Shown here piece by piece: positions 9,463 through 18,534 of a stretch of DNA of 46,215 bases. Numbering within the stretch: position 1 is the first letter of the stretch; every line of letters starts with the position of its first letter. The stretch lies in contig JBCCQQ010000050.1 in the NCBI GenBank assembly GCA_039024555.1, forward strand, positions 1-46,215, in the 5' to 3' direction. Source of the stretch: Cyanobacteria bacterium P01_D01_bin.156. GTDB lineage: Bacteria; Cyanobacteriota; Cyanobacteriia; Phormidesmidales; Phormidesmidaceae. The notes under the pieces are model-generated. The model did no database searches, was not told where the DNA came from, and was given only the letters and a program-made list of their open reading frames with translations. Made by a program: the position numbers and the translations under genes.

Positions 9463-10584
9463 TTGTTTATGATTGGGACTCGGTTCTCTAAAAGAAGTTC
9501 GGGATATAAAATTCGAGGAGTCTGGGTTTTAATCGCCACCATTCTCCTGTTTATTTCCGGTTTGCTCATTTATAAAAGTCTGCCGGTACCTTTTCAGCAG
9601 TATCAGCAATATCGTAATCAGGTTGCCCGCCTTAGTGAGCTAGAGGCCAACTTCTCACAGGAAGTGTTACGGGCTCGTTATGAGCTGTTTGCCTACTACG
9701 ATCCCATCGTTAATAACCTAGTTGAGCAAGAGGCGGTACTAACTTCTCTAAATAACATTCCTAATTTTGTTAACGTTGGCGATCAGCGAGAAATTCGTAA
9801 CTTTCTCGAAAGCCGTCAGGCATCCCTAGACCAAAAGGAAAATCTGAGTGAGGTGTTTAAGGCTCGCAATGCCCTACTAAAAAATTCTCTCCGCTACCTG
9901 CCTTTTTTAAGCGATCAGATAGATACCAAACTCAGCGCTCTTAAACCGACAGAAACCTTGGATGCAGCTAAGTTAGCTAACCTTGACAACACCTTAAATC
10001 AGTTAATCCGCAACCTGCTGTTGTTTACAGCTACCACGGATGAAGGGCTGTCTAATGAGCTGCAAACCCTGTTGAGAACTATCAGTCAGCTGCAGAACAC
10101 CCTAGAAATTTCGGAGACGACGCTGCCACTACAGCTGGTGCAGTCCCATGCCAACGTGATTTTTAACGCCAAGCCCCTAATTGAAGAAGCGACCAGCCAA
10201 CTGTTGCAACCCCTCGATACCTCCACGGCCCCCATCGCCAGTACCTTTGAATCTAGCTATCGCTTGGCCCTGGCTTCCACCCGGGCGATTCGCTTTTTTA
10301 CCTACAGCTGGTTTCTAGGTCTGCTAGTGGGGGGGCTGCTGTGGATACGGTATCAGAAGCGCAATACCCAGATAACCTTGAAGCAAAGCGATAGCCAAAT
10401 GGAAACCATGGCCACAGCGTTGAGTCATATTCTCAATCCCAAAGCCGACTCGGAAACATCGGAAGCGATGTCAAAGCTAATGGACTACACTGCCCAGGAA
10501 ACCAGTCTAGGGCGTTTAGCCAAGGGCATTTTGCAGGTCAAAACAGCTCACCAGATTCCCGAAGCTGTTGCCCACCAAGACTAG
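9463..10584 (+). CDS. DAHL (VirA-like all-helical) sensor-domain membrane protein with no output domain
   Basis: Two TM helices; YDPIV and FK..NALLKNSLRYLP motifs typical of DAHL domains; short cytoplasmic tail. The start may be the ATG at 9469. Confidence 0.7.
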   Translation: MFMIGTRFSKRSSGYKIRGVWVLIATILLFISGLLIYKSLPVPFQQYQQYRNQVARLSELEANFSQEVLRARYELFAYYDPIVNNLVEQEAVLTSLNNIPNFVNVGDQREIRNFLESRQASLDQKENLSEVFKARNALLKNSLRYLPFLSDQIDTKLSALKPTETLDAAKLANLDNTLNQLIRNLLLFTATTDEGLSNELQTLLRTISQLQNTLEISETTLPLQLVQSHANVIFNAKPLIEEATSQLLQPLDTSTAPIASTFESSYRLALASTRAIRFFTYSWFLGLLVGGLLWIRYQKRNTQITLKQSDSQMETMATALSHILNPKADSETSEAMSKLMDYTAQETSLGRLAKGILQVKTAHQIPEAVAHQD

Positions 10585-10591
10585 TGACCCT

Positions 10592-11701
10592 ATGGTATCC
10601 CGATTTTTCTTTCAACCTTTTTGGCAACGTCTTGGTCTGTTTTTGTTAGTGGGCCTAATGGCAGGTTGTGAACAGTTGGCCCCACTGGCGGCCTCCCAAG
10701 AAGAGGATAATCCTAACAATCCCTACGCTCAGTTTCGACAGGCGGTCAATGAGGTGGAGCCTCTGATTGACCCAAATTTGGAAAGTCTGACTAGCAGCCG
10801 ATTTCAACAAGAGCCTCTCACCCGTAGAGGCTTGATTACCCTGCCTGAAGATGCGCCCTTGGCCATTCAGGGCAATGTCACCATGGTCAGCTCCCCCACC
10901 ATGCAGACCTTTAATACACAGATGTATCAGCGGCTGATACAGGCAGGGTACAGCGGGGTGCTGGACATCAATGCCCTGCGAGCTGGTGCCGCCATTCAAC
11001 AATTTTGTCAGGATCCAACTATTAACTTTTTAACGGTTAATCGGGCCATGTCTGCAGCCGAAATCCAGGGGTGCCAGGGTAAGGGGCGGCAACCGCTGGG
11101 CTTGCTCATGGGGAAGGACCCGCTGTTGCTGGTGGTGAACAAAGGGAACGACTTTGTACGCGGGATTAATTTGGAAAAATTAAAAGCGGTTCTCACCAGT
11201 AACCTCTGGTCCGAGATCGACCCAAGCTGGCCCAGTACCCCCATTGAACGGGGCATGATCGGCCCCAATTCATCGACCCTTGCCTTACTCACTCAAAAAC
11301 TGTTTCCAGGGGATGGAGAAGCGTTACTTAAGGCAACCAGTACCAGATTCTATGATTACCCAGAACCCATGGTGCAAAATCTGAGCCTATTGCCCAATGG
11401 TCTGGCCTTTATTAACCTATCGATCCATGAACGCTTTACCCAAACCTTTCGAGTGATTCCCATTAACGGCATTAGCGCTAGTCCAGATACAGTAGAGAGC
11501 AATGCCTATCCACTGGTGCAGTCGTTGTTTATTTATGTGGATCAAAAACAGCTAGCGCCAGGGACTCCCACCAAATCTGTGGTGAATTTTTACCTAACAG
11601 AGATGGTAGAGGTGATGACCGATGTGGGGCTGTTTCCCCTCAGTCAGGTCCAGCTTGACCAGACCAAAGGTCAGTGGCTAAATGCTACGGATAGTAACTA
11701 G
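10592..11701 (+). CDS. PstS-like substrate-binding lipoprotein (divergent)
   Basis: Lipobox LMAGC; QQFC, DPLLLVVNK.NDF, WSEIDPSWP and YPL..LFIYV match the cyanobacterial PstS/SphX fold. Confidence 0.75.
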   Translation: MVSRFFFQPFWQRLGLFLLVGLMAGCEQLAPLAASQEEDNPNNPYAQFRQAVNEVEPLIDPNLESLTSSRFQQEPLTRRGLITLPEDAPLAIQGNVTMVSSPTMQTFNTQMYQRLIQAGYSGVLDINALRAGAAIQQFCQDPTINFLTVNRAMSAAEIQGCQGKGRQPLGLLMGKDPLLLVVNKGNDFVRGINLEKLKAVLTSNLWSEIDPSWPSTPIERGMIGPNSSTLALLTQKLFPGDGEALLKATSTRFYDYPEPMVQNLSLLPNGLAFINLSIHERFTQTFRVIPINGISASPDTVESNAYPLVQSLFIYVDQKQLAPGTPTKSVVNFYLTEMVEVMTDVGLFPLSQVQLDQTKGQWLNATDSN

Positions 11702-11728
11702 TACAGACAAAGAGAGAGGAGATTAATT

Positions 11729-12178
11729 ATGAAACGTCGCGAGTTTATTAACTTCGTGGGGCTTGGCCTGCTGGCCGGATCGTTGCCGGTTGCGATCGCG
11801 GCCTGTAACCCTCAAGACACCGTATCTGATACCCCTGCTGCCGGAGATTCCGCTCCGGCAACAGCACCGGATGGGTTTGAGACCGTGGGTACAGTGGCCG
11901 ATCTCGATAGCAAGGGATTTCTAGCCAAAAAAGGCTTGACCGCTGGAGATGTGATTGTTGTCCGCGATCCGGCCAGCGCAGACAGTGTCATTGCCCTTAA
12001 CTCCAAGTGCACACACCAAGGCTGTACAGTGGACTGGGAAGGCAGCGAATTTTCCTGTGCCTGTCATGGTTCAGTCTTTGCCACAGACGGTACGGCAACC
12101 GTAGGACCAGCAGTCAGACCCCTGGAATCTTACGAAGCCCTCATCGAAGGCGATACGGTTTTTGTTAAAGCAGCCTAG
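11729..12178 (+). CDS. Small Rieske [2Fe-2S] protein (PetC3-like), Tat-exported lipoprotein
   Basis: KRREF Tat motif, IAAC lipobox, CTHQGC and CACHGS boxes. Confidence 0.9.
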   Translation: MKRREFINFVGLGLLAGSLPVAIAACNPQDTVSDTPAAGDSAPATAPDGFETVGTVADLDSKGFLAKKGLTAGDVIVVRDPASADSVIALNSKCTHQGCTVDWEGSEFSCACHGSVFATDGTATVGPAVRPLESYEALIEGDTVFVKAA

Positions 12179-12383
12179 TTATAGCTGTTTTGTACCCTAA
12201 TTAGGATCACCCATAAAGTCACCATTGTATGGCCCCCAAGCTCTCAGTCATGGGATTTGGGGGATGGCTTCACCATTCCATAGTTCAGGGAGTGGAATTC
12301 CTCTGGCATGTGTTTCAAGCAATAGTTAAAGCATCCCATCGAAAATGGTAGGATTCTCTAAAATCTAGCGTTCACTGTTGCCG

Positions 12384-13796
12384 ATGGATGTCGATACGCT
12401 TGTCGCTGAGGTAGAACGGCTGTTACAACGACAGCTAGGTACGCTAGAGCGTTTGGTTCTGCACGAATCTTGGTCTCATCGTAGCTATGCTGAAATCGCC
12501 CGCAACTCAAGCTATGCCACAGAGTACATCAAACAAATTGGCTCCAAACTGTGGTCTGAGCTGTCCGTTGCCTTAGGAGAAAATGTCAGTAAGAAAAGTC
12601 TGCGACTGATTCTCACCTCTGACCGCTTACAACAGAACCAGTCAACAACAGAGGTCTTGACCGTCCCCAACACTTCTGTATCTCCTGCTACAGTCTCCGC
12701 CGACTATTCCCCCAGCCCCTTTCTTCTCAATACTATTATTGCCGCTAGACGGTTTCCGTCAGGCCCCCTCCCCCTGGACTCTCCTCTCTATGTGGAGCGT
12801 CTGCCCCAAGAAACCAATGCCTTTAACGAACTGAGCTATCCCGGCTGCCTATTGCGCATCAAGGCCCCCCGCCGCATGGGTAAAAGTTCTTTACTCAATC
12901 GTCTGCTGGCCCACGGACAACGCCAGGGATATCACACCATTTCCCTCAATTTTCAGGAAGTTGATCGAGAAATCTTTGATCATCTGGATCGGTTTCTCCG
13001 TTGGCTGTGCGCCAATGCCAGCCAACAGCTGGGGGTACCGTCTAAAGTCGAAGCCCTATGGGATGAGGAAATGGGCAGTAAGGTCAACTGCAAGCTTTAT
13101 TTTGAGCGCTATTTGCTCCAGGAGATTTCGGCCCCATTAGTGTTGGGCATTGATGAACTCAATCGTATATTTGGACATACAGCCATTGTTCAGGACTTTC
13201 TACCCATGTTGCGGGTATGGCACGAACGCTCTAAGGACAGTGCTATCTGGCAAAAGTTAAGACTGATTCTGGTGCATGCCACTGACCTGTACGTGCCGCT
13301 CCACCTCAATCAGTCGCCCTTTAATGTGGGGCTACCTATCAGACTGGCTCCCTTTACCCTAGAACAGCTCACCACCCTAGCCCAACATTACGGTGTTGAT
13401 CCGTTGCTCTACGGTCGTTCAGGCCAATCATTGCAGTCGTTTTATCACTTGATCAACGGTCATCCTTACCTGGCGGGGTTGGCATTTTATACCCTCCAGC
13501 AAGGGCAGATGTCCCTTGACCAAATTGTTTCAACGGCAGCTACCGCTAAAGGCATTTATCACGAGCATCTACAGCGCTGTCTGGCCATGCTTAAAAGCGA
13601 CCCATCTGTGGCCAGTAGCTATTACCAGGTGGTTAGCCACCGGGGAGGCGTTGATCTCGATGCCATTACTAGCTACAAACTCGACAGTTTGGGGCTAATT
13701 TGCTTTGATCGCACCCTGGTCAGACCCAGCTGCGAGTTATACCGACTTTATTTCAGCCATCAGTTAGAGGCGTTTAATGTAGACAGCATGCTCTAA
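12384..13796 (+). CDS. N-terminal HTH + AAA_35 (STAND-like) NTPase
   Basis: SW...SYAEIA...Y...GSKLW HTH-like N-terminus, PLYVER, Walker A APRRMGKSS, Walker B LGIDE, NGHPYL. Confidence 0.85.
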   Translation: MDVDTLVAEVERLLQRQLGTLERLVLHESWSHRSYAEIARNSSYATEYIKQIGSKLWSELSVALGENVSKKSLRLILTSDRLQQNQSTTEVLTVPNTSVSPATVSADYSPSPFLLNTIIAARRFPSGPLPLDSPLYVERLPQETNAFNELSYPGCLLRIKAPRRMGKSSLLNRLLAHGQRQGYHTISLNFQEVDREIFDHLDRFLRWLCANASQQLGVPSKVEALWDEEMGSKVNCKLYFERYLLQEISAPLVLGIDELNRIFGHTAIVQDFLPMLRVWHERSKDSAIWQKLRLILVHATDLYVPLHLNQSPFNVGLPIRLAPFTLEQLTTLAQHYGVDPLLYGRSGQSLQSFYHLINGHPYLAGLAFYTLQQGQMSLDQIVSTAATAKGIYHEHLQRCLAMLKSDPSVASSYYQVVSHRGGVDLDAITSYKLDSLGLICFDRTLVRPSCELYRLYFSHQLEAFNVDSML

Positions 13797-14116
13797 TTAA
13801 TGGCTTGACCCATTTTCTAAACTAACAACGGTGAAACAGCCCACAACCTACCAAGTAAGAAAGGTGAGATATTTAGGATTCATATCACTTAAGTCCTTTA
13901 CTGCCCAGAGACATGACGCAGTTATCCAGGGAAGATTAAGGCAGGCAATCTAAACGATTTTATTCGAGGTATGGCTGCACCCTGTCAATTTTCGACCTCG
14001 TCCACTCATGACCCACATGCCAGCAGCAACTCCGCAGTACTTCAGGTAGCATATCTCCAGCAGATTGTTTTTAGCATGTAACGGCGGAACGTTTTAGAGA
14101 AAACTTGCAATAGCCT

Positions 14117-16831
14117 ATGCGATATCAGGTTGGTGGTACCCTGCATGCAACAGATCCCACCTATGTAGAACGACAAACCGATAATCGTCTGCTAGAGGCA
14201 CTCACAGACGGGACATTTTGTTATGTGCTCAATTCTCGGCAGATGGGAAAGTCTTCCCTGATGGTGCGCACCAAATATCGTCTACAGCAAGCGGGTCACC
14301 GCTGCGCCATGGTAGATCTGACCAGCATTGGTAGTAAGCGAGTAACACCGGTCCAATGGTACAAGGGTCTGCTGGCCGAACTTTGGCACGATCTGCATAT
14401 GGCAGACGAAGAAGAATTTCAGCACTGGTGGCAGACCCAGGGAGACATCCCGCTGCCACAAAAGTTTAGTCGGTTCATTGCCGAGCGTTTACTCAAACAA
14501 TATCCCGATGACAATTTTTATATTTTTTTGGATGAGGTAGATAGTGTCCTGAGACTGCCCTTTGCGGTGGATGATTTTTTTGCTGCGATTCGCTATTGCT
14601 ACAACCGTCGAGCGGTGGACCCCAACTACCAGCGCATTACCTTTGCCATGTTTGGGGTGGCTAGCCCAACGGATCTGCTCCAAGATACACAGCGCACCCC
14701 CTTTAATATTGGCCAAGCGCTGACATTAAAGGGATTCTCCCTAATGGAGGTTACCCCCCTAGCGCCGGGGCTAAACACCCTGGGTCTGCCATCTTCTACC
14801 CTGGCAGACATTCTCAAATGGACCAATGGGCAACCGTTTCTTACCCAAAAAATTTGTCAGCTGCTAACGGAGCTGGAACCGACTCCCACCAATGGAACAA
14901 GCTGTGTGGATTGGGTGGTGCAAACCCATCTCATTGACAATTGGGAAACCAATGACGAACCTGAACATCTCAGAACTATTCGCGATCGCATCCTCAACCA
15001 GCCAGCCCTCACCGGTCGTTTGCTGGGGCTATACCAACAGATTCTGACGAGTCAGGTGCGCTTTGATGGCAGTCGAGAACACACTGAACTGCTGCTATCG
15101 GGGGTGGTAGCCAACTATCACGGGTATCTTCAGGTCAAAAACCTGATTTATCGCACCATCTTTAATGAAGAGTGGGTGGCCCATCATCTGTCTCGCCTGC
15201 GACCCTATGCCGAGCCCCTAAGCCAATGGTTTGCCAGTGGCGAACCCCGCTACCTCCTCAGGGGCTTAGACCTACAGGAGGCCATGGCTTGGGCCGATGA
15301 AAAAAAGCTCAATGATCTAGACTATCAGTTTCTCAGAACCAGCCAACAGCAGGAACAACAGCGGATTGAAGGCCAACTTGCTGAGGAACAACAACAGCGA
15401 GAACAAATTCAATTTGCCCTAGCGGTAACCCGAGAGGCCAATCAGGTGCTAGCAGAGGCTAAGTTCTCTAGTCGCCAGATGGTCAAACGACTGCGGCTCC
15501 CCCCCTGGTGGATTCTGTTGATAGGTTGTGGCACCGCCTTACTGGTATGGCTGGTGTATCTGACTGGCTGGCTCCAGGGGGGAGAATGGGCCTTACTGGA
15601 TAGTTTTTTTCAGCTGCGTCACCCGGCCACCCCCATGGACCCTCGCATTACCCTGGTAACCATTGATGAAGAGGATCTACAACAAACTGGTCGATACCCC
15701 ATTCCTGACGACGTCATTGTTACAGCGCTACAAAAGATCGAAGCTCAACAGCCCCGCCAAATTGGTTTAGCCTTTTACCGTGACTTACCGGTGGAGCCCG
15801 GCACAACACAGCTCAGACAGCTGTTTGCCACCATGCCCAACCTGGTGGGTATGGAAAAACTTATTGGCAATCAGGTATCGGCCCCCGAGGCTCTGGCCCG
15901 GCGGGGACAGATCGGGTTCACAGACCAGGTGTTTGACCCCGATGGAAACTTACGACGGGCCCTGCTGTCGCTACGCACCCCTGAGGGTGAACTGCACTAT
16001 AGCCTGGCGCTTAAGCTCTCCTTAGACTATTTAGAAGCTGTAGGCATTCGCCCCAATGAATCTCCCCAAGAAGCCCACGTGGTCCAACTGGGGCAGGCCA
16101 CATTACATCCATTTCGTAGCTACGACGGTGGCTATGTGCGGGCAGATGATGGAGGCTACCAAGTATTGATCAATTATTGGGGGACCCAAAGCAAATTCCA
16201 GACCTATTCTTTACAACAGCTTTTGACCGATAGTATCCCCCAGGGAACAATGCGCGATCGCATAGTACTCATCGGTCCTACCGCCGAGAGTGTACGCACC
16301 TTAGTTGGTACTCCTTTTAGCGCCTCCTGGTTTGGGATGCCCCGCGAAGATATGCCCGCTATTACCGTCCATGCCAATATCATCAGCCAGATCTTGGCCG
16401 CAGCCCTAGATCAACGCCCTATATTAACAACCTGGGCAGCTGGCTATGAACACCTTTGGAGACTAGCCTGGGCACTAGCTGCCTGTACTGTTACCTGGTG
16501 GTTGAAGTCGCTGCCGCGTATTCTCCTAGTAGGTAGCCTCGGGCTAATGGGGCTATGTATTCTCTGCTACGCTAGTTTTTTAGCCGGGTGGTGGGTGCCG
16601 CTAGTGCCCGCTGGACTGTGTTGGATTGTGGCCATGGGGGCATTTGTCTTTACAACGAACCATCGTCTTGGGCAGATTCAGCTGCGACAGACCGTACATC
16701 AGCTAATGGCTATTACTCGGGATAAACCAGCCGTAGGTCAAATCGCCCTAGAATATCTTCAGCAAACAGAGAGTGAAGAAAATCAGATGCTCATTAACAA
16801 TCTATTGGAAAAACATCGTTCGTCACCCTAG
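14117..16831 (+). CDS. AAA_35 NTPase + TM + CHASE2 sensor domain + 3 TM helices
   Basis: YVERQ.D, NSRQMGKSS, FLDEVD, GQPFLTQ, EPEHLRTIRDR; CHASE2 ITLVTIDE.D, YRDLP, DPDG.LRR, DRIVLIG, HANIISQ. Confidence 0.9.
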   Translation: MRYQVGGTLHATDPTYVERQTDNRLLEALTDGTFCYVLNSRQMGKSSLMVRTKYRLQQAGHRCAMVDLTSIGSKRVTPVQWYKGLLAELWHDLHMADEEEFQHWWQTQGDIPLPQKFSRFIAERLLKQYPDDNFYIFLDEVDSVLRLPFAVDDFFAAIRYCYNRRAVDPNYQRITFAMFGVASPTDLLQDTQRTPFNIGQALTLKGFSLMEVTPLAPGLNTLGLPSSTLADILKWTNGQPFLTQKICQLLTELEPTPTNGTSCVDWVVQTHLIDNWETNDEPEHLRTIRDRILNQPALTGRLLGLYQQILTSQVRFDGSREHTELLLSGVVANYHGYLQVKNLIYRTIFNEEWVAHHLSRLRPYAEPLSQWFASGEPRYLLRGLDLQEAMAWADEKKLNDLDYQFLRTSQQQEQQRIEGQLAEEQQQREQIQFALAVTREANQVLAEAKFSSRQMVKRLRLPPWWILLIGCGTALLVWLVYLTGWLQGGEWALLDSFFQLRHPATPMDPRITLVTIDEEDLQQTGRYPIPDDVIVTALQKIEAQQPRQIGLAFYRDLPVEPGTTQLRQLFATMPNLVGMEKLIGNQVSAPEALARRGQIGFTDQVFDPDGNLRRALLSLRTPEGELHYSLALKLSLDYLEAVGIRPNESPQEAHVVQLGQATLHPFRSYDGGYVRADDGGYQVLINYWGTQSKFQTYSLQQLLTDSIPQGTMRDRIVLIGPTAESVRTLVGTPFSASWFGMPREDMPAITVHANIISQILAAALDQRPILTTWAAGYEHLWRLAWALAACTVTWWLKSLPRILLVGSLGLMGLCILCYASFLAGWWVPLVPAGLCWIVAMGAFVFTTNHRLGQIQLRQTVHQLMAITRDKPAVGQIALEYLQQTESEENQMLINNLLEKHRSSP

Positions 16832-16903
16832 GTAGCTGTTAAGAAATAACTTCACGGTTTGAGTCTGAGAGGCTTGTTAAGCCATGATTTAAATCGACAA
16901 GGC

Positions 16904-17197
16904 CTAGGTCTTAGCAAGGGATTTTTCTGGGGAAAATCCCTTGCTATTACGAGACCCCAACCCCGATGTACGGTCAGGATAACTATCTCCAGGGGGCTCG
17001 AAAGCTTTTTGAAGTGCAACAAGATTTCTAGTACTCTTGGGAGCAAGCGGTCGAGGACGATTTTGGACTACACCTGCCAACGTCACTAATGGGAGAACGG
17101 TAGCTAAAAAACTACAGGGCAAAAGAGAAACAAATAAGGATGACTGCATTAGTCTAAGAGATTGATTGGATGCTATCTGTTGGAGTGACATATCCAC
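16904..17197 (-). CDS. Short signal-peptide-bearing protein, or truncated paralog, carrying only the DUF928 N-terminal motif
   Basis: Hydrophobic segment followed by AFEPPGDSYPDRTSGLGSR, similar to AFDPPGDDAPDDTSGVGTR of the neighbouring DUF928 protein. Confidence 0.55.
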   Translation of the reverse strand: MDMSLQQIASNQSLRLMQSSLFVSLLPCSFLATVLPLVTLAGVVQNRPRPLAPKSTRNLVALQKAFEPPGDSYPDRTSGLGSRNSKGFSPEKSLAKT

Positions 17198-17520
17198 ACC
17201 ACTACCCTGGGGCTAAACTCATAAAACAAATGAGAGACAAGCACAGCAGATGCTAATCAGCATGGCTTGCAGACTGTTGCATCCTATTAAATCAGCAACG
17301 AGAAGTGGGTCCCTATTGACTCTTTTAGCGCATTTGCAGGCTGTAGCATCCATAATTTGAGCGTTTTTGACCAATAACGTACTTTTCGCTCCTTTCCCAC
17401 GCCATTAGGACAGTCTGTTGGTATGGTGGAAAACGTGTACAGCGTGAGCCGTATCTACGTCTGGGCACCCATGGTTCAAGCAAACGCTGAAAGCTATAAG
17501 AAGTAACAACAGCTATATGC

Positions 17521-17556
17521 GCAGCAAGCTGCTGGATGCATCCAGCAGCTTGCTGC
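17521..17556. repeat. Perfect 36-bp palindrome
   Basis: GCAGCAAGCTGCTGGATG|CATCCAGCAGCTTGCTGC, downstream of the DUF928 gene. Confidence 0.85.
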
Positions 17557-17600
17557 ATAGGCTCCCCTAAACTTGCTAAGGCGTTATCAGGGAATGGCCG

Positions 17601-18332
17601 TTAGCGAGATCGCAACACAACAGATTGCCAAATCGCTTGGAGCTGCCGATCGTTGGGATGGGCGTTCATTTCTTCTAACAGGACGGCGACCATATCGTAC
17701 CAATATCCATTTCCTCCTAGCCACTTGGCCTGTTCTAAGGGAGCTTTTTGTCGTAATACCCGGGTCACTAACGATGTTGCCGCCACTCGCTGTACCCAAC
17801 CCACCAGCACAGGGTTGTCTGGCTCTGGTTGTTCCCCACACAGCACCAGATGCCACCGATAGTTACATCCCACCACCAGGGCAGGGGCCTGCTCCGATAG
17901 AGACAGACTAATTAACCCGGTATGTTCAGTGATTAAAAAGTCTTCTTCTGCATAGTAGAGACCTTTGTTATCAGTCACTGTCAGAATTAGTTTTTCGAAT
18001 GAGGTGGTCTCAGGTATCTGTACAAAGACGGTCGGTCGTTTGGCAAACGTTAGCCCAAAATTGTTTCGAGGCATCAGAGTCTGGACAGGTTGTTCCCTTA
18101 GGGGGCTATGTCCGCCATCCCTTGTACCGACACCGGATGTATCATCAGGGGCATCATCTCCAGGGGGATCGAAGGCTTCATTAAATACAATGGTGTCTGC
18201 TGGGTTCACCGGTTTATAAGATTGTCGGGCTTTTCCAGGCAGGGCGAACACAGCACTTATAACAATAGACAGTACAGCGGGCACGCCCCAATACATCAAT
18301 GGGGAGCCATGGAATGATATTGCGAGAAGCAT
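17601..18332 (-). CDS. DUF928 domain protein
   Basis: FGLT...RPT.FV.IP, Y.W...C, V.GWVQRV, NGYWYD, W..V.L; N-terminal hydrophobic segment. Confidence 0.88.
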   Translation of the reverse strand: MLLAISFHGSPLMYWGVPAVLSIVISAVFALPGKARQSYKPVNPADTIVFNEAFDPPGDDAPDDTSGVGTRDGGHSPLREQPVQTLMPRNNFGLTFAKRPTVFVQIPETTSFEKLILTVTDNKGLYYAEEDFLITEHTGLISLSLSEQAPALVVGCNYRWHLVLCGEQPEPDNPVLVGWVQRVAATSLVTRVLRQKAPLEQAKWLGGNGYWYDMVAVLLEEMNAHPNDRQLQAIWQSVVLRSR

Positions 18333-18534
18333 TTAGTTAAACGAGTTGTAAAGTACTCAACTTGGCCGATTTGCTGTGACAATCTCTACTCAGGCTTACG
18401 GGACGGTTGTGTAGATTCAGTAAACTTTTCCGCAAAAATGCGTAGAAAAGCTGAAGCCTTGGTGTCTATAGCCACTAGGTTCGGCAGTTAGCAACTGTTA
18501 TCGTTAGATTTCAGCAATAACATTGTACTTTTCT

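Noticed and set aside
17325..18317. Several short ORFs overlapping the DUF928 gene and the 36-bp palindrome
   Set aside because: Alternate-frame or antisense shadows with no independent coding signal.
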